Assembly (NCBI GenBank): GCA_013239625.1
Contig: MU055753.1
Coordinates: forward strand, 3,706,153 to 3,770,152
DNA length: 64,000 nt
Direction: 5' to 3'
DNA from: Lama guanicoe
Lineage: Eukaryota
Shown: piece after piece, positions 55,801 to 64,000 of the stretch
Position numbering within the stretch: the stretch's first letter is position 1
Layout of the letters: each line of letters starts with the position of its first letter
Program-made: the position numbers and the translations under genes
The notes under the pieces: model-generated
Databases searched by the model: none
The model's input: the letters and a program-made list of their open reading frames with translations, nothing else
What the model was told of the DNA's origin: nothing

Positions 55801-58800
55801 TCAGAAACCCTATTTAAAGTTGACTTTAGCTTAAAGTTTTGATGATTGAGAGCAGTGCCTTTTAAGAGAAAACCGTCTGAATTCTGATGTTGCACTTTTG
55901 CGAGTCTGGAATTCACTCCCTCCTTGTGTTTTTTAAAAATTATCACCATCAAGGAGCATTTCCCAGGTCTGAGCTGGGTTCTGGCTCAGAAAAAAATAAA
56001 GGTTGGTTGACCTCTTTATGCCGGGAGCTGGCTGGGAGAGTGTGGGGAGGCTGTGGCATAGGCTGCTGTCCTGGACACCGTGTAGGGTATGGCCTGGTCC
56101 TGGTGGCCACTGAGCTCAGAGGAGGTGAGCCCCAAGGAATCCAGGCTGGCCACAATGCCAGCGGGTCCTGTGACACTCCTGGGGGGCATGGTTGGCAGCA
56201 CCTCACACTCCGGGTGTCCTTCTTAGAGGTGAAGTGGTGCTCTCCTTCCAGGGGCACACTACGTGTTTGATACCGCCTTCTCACGGAACTTCAGTCTCCT
56301 TGAGAGCCAGCGAGAGTTTGTGCAGCGATTCCGAGAACAGGCGGACTCCAAGCAGGCCTTGCCTGTGCTGACTTCCGCCTGCCCAGGTGTGTGCGCACTG
56401 GGGACAGGATGTTGACACCTGGATGTGGGCGACGGGAGTGCTGGGGGGGTGGGAGGAGCCCGAGAGTCACCTGTAGTCACTTCAGTTCCCTGAGGGGTGA
56501 TTGCAGGGATGCTAGAGACGTGACAGGGACAGCAGAGTGGGGCCATTCCTCGGGGACCCTGACTCCTTGTGCAAGTGTGTCTACCCCCAGAACCTTCACG
56601 TCACAGCCCCATGTGCTCCCCATGTCGGCCTCAGGCTGGATCTGCTACGCCGAGAAGACCCATGGGAGCTTCCTCCTCCCTTACATTAGCACTGCCCGGT
56701 CCCCGCAGCAGGTCATGGGCTCCCTGGTCAAGGACTTCTTCGCCCAGCAACAGGTAACGGGAACCCTGCTGCTGTTGAGAGTCTGTGTTGTTTCCTTAAA
56801 AGTGAGTTCATGGACCCACACGCCAAACTGTGTTCCCTGCTGTGCCTGTGCCGTCACCCCTGCCTCAGCCTGGCCTCTTTGCTGCCTGGGTTGGGCAGCT
56901 GCTCCACAGTCAACGTTTCTCCATGCAGCGTTTGACCCCCGACAAGATCTACCACGTGACGGTGATGCCCTGCTACGACAAAAAGCTGGAAGCTTCCAGA
57001 CCCGACTTTTTCAGCCAGGAACACCAGTCGCGCGATGTGGATTGTGTCATCACAACAGGTGCAGATCCCTGAGCCCAGCTGGTGCTGTGTCCCCAGCGCA
57101 GGCCCTGGCACAGCTCCTCTGGCTCACGTCGGTCACCCCATCTCTGAGTTGAGCAGCCTCACAGGCTCTCAAGTGCTTAAAAGGCAGAGAAATGAACACC
57201 CTTCCGGCAGCCAGATAGCTTGAGGGATGGTTGCCCTCCAGGGACACAGTGCCCTGCCCACCTCCAGGTGCACTGTGAGGCGCCCTGGGGACGGTGCATC
57301 CACCTCTGTGGCTGAGTTCAGCCTCTACCCACGAGCCAGGGGTGGACACGTGGCCTCTGTGTCCAGGTCACAGATTGCTGTGGATGCAGGTGATGTGGGT
57401 GTTCTTGAACTGACTCTTGTTTTCCTTGAGATTCAGCTGAAGAGCGTGTTCTGTGGTTTCATCACAGGAGAAGTTTTGAAGCTGCTGGAAGAGGAAGGAG
57501 TCTCACTGTCAGACCTGGAGCCAGCTCCCCTGGACAGTCTGTAAGTTACCACCTGTCACGGTGGAGGGGCAGGAAGTATTTCCAGCATCAGGGTGCTCAA
57601 GATGTTAGGGTCATGGGTGTCCTGGTGGGCAGGAGATGTGACAATGTGGGGCTAGGCACTGTCCCTTCCTGCCTTCTCTGCCATGGCTCCTTTCTGATTG
57701 GTTTTGCTTCTGCCCCGTGGTATGTCTTGGTGTCCACAGAGACAGTTGAGTTCATGAGACAGGCCTGTGGACAATTGGCTGATAGTCATCAGAGCTGACC
57801 CCAACTTCATACAGGTCTCAGCTCCCCAGAACAGGTGACATGATGGAGGGGACAGGCCTTTCCCCATGAGCTGCCTCCTGACAGGGCCACAAAGCCCCTG
57901 TGGTCCATGACTCATTTTCCACTTAGCAAATGCTCTCAAACCTGAGAGACAGAGGTTACCCAGAAGCCTCAGCAGACAGCAGCCCCAGTACCACCTGAGG
58001 CCATGCCCTCCTCCCCAGGTACAGCAGCGTGTCCCCCCAGGAGCCCACCAGCCATCGGGGTGGGGGCTCGGGGGGCTACCTGGAGCACGTGTTCCGGCAT
58101 GCAGCCCAGGAGCTCTTTGGAATCCACGTGACTGAGGTCACCTACAGACCCCTGAGGTCAGTGGCAAAAGCTGGAGCTTGGGGAACGGGGCAGCTGGAGC
58201 TCCAGGTCCCCTCACTGCAGTAGGCATGGAGGAGGATATCAGGGTGGGCTTGGCGTGGACCTTGGGGCACCAGGAAGCTCACATGAAAGGGCCAAAGTCT
58301 CTAGTCCTCAGTCTCCTCATCGTAGGAGTCGATGTCCTTACCCACAGCATGGTGGTCCAGGGCCCTGAGTAGCCCGTGGTGGCAGGACAGTGTTCCTGGC
58401 ACAGGGTGTGTCCCCATGTCCTCGGTGGGAGGGCTGGGGCCTCCATGTCAGACCAGGAAACCAAGGCTGGGTGTAAGGTCACCTGCCCAGCTCGTGGAAG
58501 TGAGTTTTCTACCCTCCTCTGTCACTGTCCCCACCCAGGAGGGACTGGGCACAGTGTGGACAACCGGGTCTGTGCTCCCCCAGGAACAAGGACCTGCAGG
58601 AAGTGACTCTGGAGAGGGAGGGTCAGGTCCTGCTGCACTTTGCTGTGGCCTATGGCTTCCGCAACATCCAGAACCTGGTGCAGAAACTCAAGAGGGGGCG
58701 CTGCCCATACCACTACGTGGAGGTCATGGCCTGCCCCGCAGGTGCGCAGACAGGGTGGGGCCCTCTGGGACCCCCAGGTGACGATGCCCTTCCCATGACC

Positions 58801-59068
58801 ATACTCTTGCCTGTCCTTCCCTGCCACAGGCTGCTTGAATGGCGGAGGCCAGCTCAAGGCTCCCGACAGGCCTGGCAAGGAGCTTCTGCAGCAGGTTGAG
58901 AGGCTGTACAGCATGGTCAGGACAGAGGTGCCAGAGGAAGCGCCCGGGATCCAGGAGCTGTATGGGCACTGGCTGCAGGGTGAGGGCTCAGAGAGGGCCA
59001 GCCGCCTGCTGCACACAAGCTACCACGCAGTGGAGAAGGCTGGCTCTGGCCTTAGCATCAGGTGGTAG
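52434..59068 (+). CDS. CIAO3: Cytosolic iron-sulfur assembly component 3 (NARFL/IOP1), 476 aa, 11 exons
   Basis: Exons 52434-52499, 53520-53615, 55136-55279, 55580-55712, 56252-56386, 56635-56753, 56929-57058, 57468-57540, 58019-58156, 58584-58741, 58830-59068 (1431 nt). [92 protein letters not shown], and the C-terminal Trp (IRW*). Confidence 0.98.
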
Positions 59069-60103
59069 GAGGCCTCCAGTGTCTGCCGGGCCCACCGCAG
59101 CCAGTACCAGGATTCCCAGCAAGACATGTGGAGTCTCCAGCAGGGAAGTCACTCCAAGACCCCAGGGCTTGCCCTGAAAATGCTGGGTGAGCTACGGGGA
59201 CATTGGAACCCACATAGAAATGGGATTCAGGACCCACAGTCAGTAAAGGTGACCTCCAGCCTGCACTCACCTGGACTCTGCACTGCAGGGGCCTGGAGGT
59301 TTCACCAACTTCTGAACCTCTCTATGGGCCTGGAGCCCAGATCAGTGCTCTGGCTCCTGGCTGTGGTGGCCTGAGCTGTGAGGGTTTCAGCTAGTCCCAT
59401 GGGGAGCTTAAGGCAGAGCAAGAGGGGGTTCCTCATCCCTCACTTCCAGAGTCAGTCCAAGTTGGGATATGGAGGGTGGTAACAAGCTGAACCTGCCCAG
59501 TTGGTTGAGCTCACAGCAGAGCGGGGGAACTCTGCCACACTGGGCAGCAGAGAACACTGGCTGGAGACAGGCACCTGGTCCATGACACCCTACCTGGGCG
59601 TGGGTCCCCCTGACCCCCATCTAGAACCAGGTGTTCTACAAAGCTGTGGCCTCTGGGGCCTGAGAACCTGCATTTTGGGGGCTGAGTCCTTGTGGGAGGC
59701 AGGCTCTGTTAGTGTTAGGCCTTAGTGGTCTTTCAGGCTGAGTCCTATGTCCACAGCTGGATCCCCACGTATAGGGCAGGGGGTGGGCCAATTGGGTTCA
59801 GCCAGCCAAGCTTGCCCCCAAGGAGCTCATCTCTAGTAAAGGGAACTCTATCTGAAAACTGCTTCTCTCCAAGAGTGTCTGCCACCATCAAGAAAGGCCT
59901 TTCACAGCTTTATTCATAAGTTCAGGAGCCCAGTGCACCCCAGTAGGCTGCCTCCCAAACATCCAGGTCTTGGAACTCACTGTAGCCCAGAGAGGGGTCT
60001 GGGTGTCCACCGCCAGGAAGTGCCAGAATGCCCACCCTCTGAGGCTGGGCAGGGTTGAGACAGGTTGAGAGAGGAGGGACGTGTGGCCTGGCCCGTGCAG
60101 GGC

Positions 60104-62387
60104 TCACTTCTGTTGGGGCGTGCTCAGAAGCCCCCACTGCAGTGCGAGGAGTGCCCGGGCCTGTGGCTGCAGCGGCTCAGCTGCCCTCTCAAAGCTCGCG
60201 CGCTCCCTGCAGAGCACTTCCAGGACCTCGGCTGGGGCCACCTTCCCTGTGAACTTGCGCACAGGCTCCTCTCTGCAGGGAGAGGGGCACCATGGGGGCT
60301 TCCAGAGAACTGCTAGGCAGAGGGCACTTAAAGAGCAGCCTCTCCCTGGTGCCAGACAGCCAAATAACCGATCCCCCAGCACCTCCCTCAGTGTCCCAGA
60401 CTGCCAGGGAGGCCCAGAGGATAACAGTCCGGCCCTGTGCCAGCCTGTCCTGCAGCACGGCCCCTGGAGAGGGCAGAGGTCCTCCCGAGACACACAGGCA
60501 TAGGCCTTGCCACGTGCTCCCCAGCTTGCCCCACAGGAAGGCCCAGGATGCTGGCCAGTACTCACGCCACCCTCAGGAAGGGGTTATATAGAAGTTCCTC
60601 GCCCAGGGTCGACGGCACCGTGGGCACGTCATCCTCATCCCTCTTCTGGAATGACCACAGGCCCTTGTCACAGCCTTATCTGGCAGTTCCAGGCAGCTTG
60701 ACCCAGCTCACCCCCAGCCTCGGGGCTGGAGGCTAGACCCTGAGGGCAGGCACTCGTGGGCCAATCCTAGAGGCTGCCCAGTTCCCTACCCAAGGCCACC
60801 AACCCCTCCCTTCACCAGTGGGAGCTTTGGCTGGCAGCATGCCCATGGCTGACTCCCCCAGCAATGCCCTTCCTGGACCCACTCCTGCCCCACCCTCCAG
60901 CCTTGCGATCAAGAGGGGAGGAGTCCCCACACCTTGGCCCAGGACAGCTTGGCCCTCACGTGATCGTTGCAGGGCTCCACTTTTTGTGCAAACTCGAGAT
61001 TGCCCAGCGTGTGCTCATGACCACAGAACACCTTCTGGAGAAAGGAGGCACTTGAGGTGCACAGCACCACCGCAGGCAGAGGTGAGCAGAGGCACTCACC
61101 CCTCTGGCCCCTCCACACACCCCTGTACCCCTCCCCCCACACCTGGCCCGCCCACTCCTTCAACTGGCCAGCACTCATTCCGAACCCCAGCACAAGGCAG
61201 GTGCAGAGTACGCGGGTTATGTGAGAGGCTGGGCCCCGTGAGGGTAAGGGACAGGCTGCTCACTGTCTCAGGGGGCAGGGTGCCCAGGGTCTCCACCAAG
61301 CTCTGGTACATCTGCTGAGCTGTGCTTTCCAGGCGTGAGCCACAGCCGGCCACGGACAGTGCATCCCCTGGAGAGTTGGCCAGGTCAGAGAAGGTGGAAG
61401 GGGACAAGGTGGGGCAGGTGGGCGCAGGGCAGTGCGAACCTGAGAAAACAGCAGGTGGGTCCAGACACTCGTCTTCCCAAAGGAAGTAGCTCATGTGGCC
61501 GGAGGTGTGGCCTGGGGTTAGGAGGCAGCGCACATGGATGGCTCCAAACTACAGCAGAGAGGCAGGCAGGCCTGTGAGGCAGTTGAGCCCAGGGTGTTCT
61601 CCCCGCGCCTCCCAGGTGCCCACTTACCTGCAGCTCCTCGCCATGCACCAGCCTGCGGGTCAGTGCGCAGATGCGCTCGTCCGCGCCCAGCACCACCAGC
61701 CCAGGCTGCAGTCTCACCAGCTCCGCGTTGCCACGAGCGTGGTCCCTGCAGATGCGTAGAAGTATAATCACGTGTGGTTGGGGTAGGATTGGGGTGACAC
61801 CCTCGTGCCTCAGCCCGCCCAGACGGTGCTCACCAGTGGTGGTGGGTGGTCAGCACGGTGGTCAGTGATACCCCCTCCCGGCCTACGATCTCCAGCAGCT
61901 GAAAGGGACAGGAGTTAAGGAGATACGGATGGTCCAGGTGGCTGCCTGTGTTTGGGAGCCAGGATTGGCTGCACAGTGCCCCAAGCAGGCCAGGATGGGG
62001 TTGTGGGTAGGGGCGATTCAGCAGTTAATTACTGAGCACCTGGTGTATATGGCACAGGCACCAAACGAAGGGAAAAGAGGAGGCCAGAGAAGGCTCTAAC
62101 CTCATAGGAGACCCAGGATAATCAGAAAAGTCCTAAACACCAAATAACCTGAGATCAAAGAATAGGGGAAGAGTGCTCCCAGCAGTGTGGTCGGGGGAGC
62201 CTCTTCAAGCACAGACTGGCGGTTACGACCTACGATTCCTAGGCTCAGAGTGGTGCTACTGCCGCCCAAAGCCTGCCCTCACCCTTTTGGGCACGGACAC
62301 GTCCACGGCCACAGCCTCCCGCGTGTGCTCCTCGATGACCAGATACATGTAGTTGTCCTCAAGCACAGGGATGACTTTGACCTTCAT
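60104..62387 (-). CDS. HAGHL: Hydroxyacylglutathione hydrolase-like (glyoxalase II-like, metallo-beta-lactamase fold), 283 aa
   Basis: Exons (- strand): 62387-62283, 61898-61834, 61745-61628, 61548-61440, 61367-61264, 61034-60933, 60645-60566, 60272-60104 (852 nt). [68 protein letters not shown] on - at 59909-59914. Confidence 0.97.
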
Positions 62388-62599
62388 GGTCGCAGAGCTC
62401 AGCCACCTCGCGCCTCCTGAGCCTCTTCCTCAGAATGGGGCTACGCTCTCCAGACCCTAGGGAGGGCTGTGCCCGGGAAGAGTCAGCTCCACATACACGC
62501 TGGGGGCTAAAAAAAAAAATAGCCCTGTTCCCTACTCTCGGACTTCCGGGAGGAGTGGTGTGGAATTCCATGCTCCAGCCTTAAATTGACCTGCCGCTC

Positions 62600-63320
62600 C
62601 CAATCCCTCCTCAAAGTCCCGCCCACATCAGGGCCCGCCCCCCGCCGAGCCACGCCCTCTCCCCGCGCTTGTCCCCAGCCAGGCCGCTGCCCCAGTAGGA
62701 CCCGCCTGCTTCCCAGGCCCCGCCCCCTCCCAAGGCGTCCTCCCGCCGCAGCGCGACCCTGGACCAGCTCCTCTCTCGCTCCGCCCCCAATACCCCGATC
62801 CCTTCAGGCCCCATCTCTCCCAGGGCCCCTCCCGAGGCAGTGCGACCCCGGTCCCTGCCCGCGTCCTTCCCTGGCCGCCCACTCACCCCCACCGGCTACG
62901 CCAGCCTGTCGCGCGGACTGTCTGAAGGACAGCCTGACATAGGCGGGCCTTGGACGCCGGTCACGGGACCTGGACGGAGTGCGCCGCTCTGCGCGGCCGC
63001 CCCCAACGGCCTGCTCCCCCGAGGCGCCCTCCTGCGGGGCCGGCCTGGAGCCCGCGCGCGTCGGGACCCCGAGCGCGGTTCAGGGAATGCGCGTGCGCGA
63101 GAGGGAGTGCACGCGTGCTCAAAGGGACTGCGCGCACGTCCGGCGCTACGGCGCCTCCTCCGCGAAGCCCTTCTGGCAACCGACTGAACCCGTTCTATCG
63201 AATCACCGGGCCCCACGTTGGGACGTCTGCGCCTATTTCCGTCAGGCTAGGGGTGCAGGGATATGTCCACTTTGCTCGCCTGCCTGTCCCAGCGCTCAGC
63301 CAGCACCGGAAGGGGCCTAG
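62600..63320. promoter_or_regulatory. Bidirectional CpG island for HAGHL (non-coding exon 1, donor at 62881-62886 on -) and CCDC78
   Basis: CpG island between divergent genes with NRF1-like TGCGCGTGCGC and an E-box CACGCG. Confidence 0.75.
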
Positions 63321-63726
63321 TTAGTGTATGAACGTACATCGTAGGGCAAGGCGCCCTGCTTGAGAACATAAACAGCAGCGACAGCTCCATTCCAATGTGC
63401 GCTGTTCCACAACTCCCCATGCTGAGCGCTGCTATGCGCTCTGCGCTCTTGGCTCTGTGTGCTCCCCGGATGAAGACGGGTGCTGGTCTGCGTTTCCTCG
63501 TTGAGGAAAAGGAAGCCAGAAAGAAAGGGTGGCCAAATATGGAAAAAGCTGACAGTTTGCACCCACCTCTTCAACCACTGAATTGTCCTGCCTGCCCTGG
63601 CGGGCGGGGCCCCGGTAGTCTCCTGGGAACAACAAAAGCCTTGGCAACACAAGCCACCGTGTTGCAGCAACACACCAGTAGGCGAAGTGGCAGTAGGCTT
63701 GGGGCTGGTGGTTGTCCCTTTTGCCT

Positions 63727-63792
63727 ATGGAGCATGCAGCAGCCTCAGCCTCAATTCCCAGGCCAGGGGCCCCGTCTCGGGCCATTGAAAAT
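63727..63792 (+). CDS. CCDC78: Coiled-coil domain-containing 78, first coding exon (gene continues beyond the window)
   Basis: MEHAAASASIPRPGAPSRAIEN|gtgagt resembles the human CCDC78 N-terminus ([20 protein letters not shown], recalled) and lies in the syntenic position head-to-head with HAGHL. Confidence 0.85.
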
Positions 63793-64000
63793 GTGAGTCC
63801 TCCCAGGACACTGCTGCTTCTGGGGTCCGGGGTTCTCCCTGTCCCCTCAGAAGTCAGGAAGGGTGTAGGTACCCGTGACCTGGGCCTGATTCTGGCTGTG
63901 GGAGAGACTGATTCAGCTCAGCCAGGCTGAGTGTGTGGGTGGATGGCTGGTGGTTCCATGGGAGTGGAGGCCACAGCCCAGGCCTGAAACGCACCTGGGG

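Overview
This is GC-rich mammalian genomic DNA syntenic with human 16p13.3. It is probably from a camelid, judging by several tRNA-Ala-derived Vic-1-like SINEs. Gene order: GNG13 (+), CHTF18 (-), RPUSD1 (+), MSLNL (+), MSLN (-), an intergenic stretch with L1/MLT1 debris, CIAO3/NARFL (+), HAGHL (-), and the first coding exon of CCDC78 (+). I built every exon by hand from GT-AG boundaries and all seven complete genes give open reading frames. Three observations stand out. (1) MSLN has lost, in frame, the six exons encoding most of the megakaryocyte-potentiating-factor (MPF) moiety: exon 3 is joined to exon 10 by a 101-bp intron, giving a 401-aa mini-mesothelin with a degraded furin site, while the neighbouring MSLNL is intact (700 aa). 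(2) Between MSLN and CIAO3 is a decayed multi-exon gene whose fragments look like three tandem RGS-type (RGS22/RGSL1-like) domains. (3) GNG13 introns carry a compact chemosensory-type motif cluster: three perfect octamers, an Lhx2/Ebf-like composite and an OTX/CRX site. Two assembly gaps are present. Most entries in the supplied ORF track are chance ORFs of GC-rich DNA. Comparisons with human or other reference proteins are from memory, not from a search.
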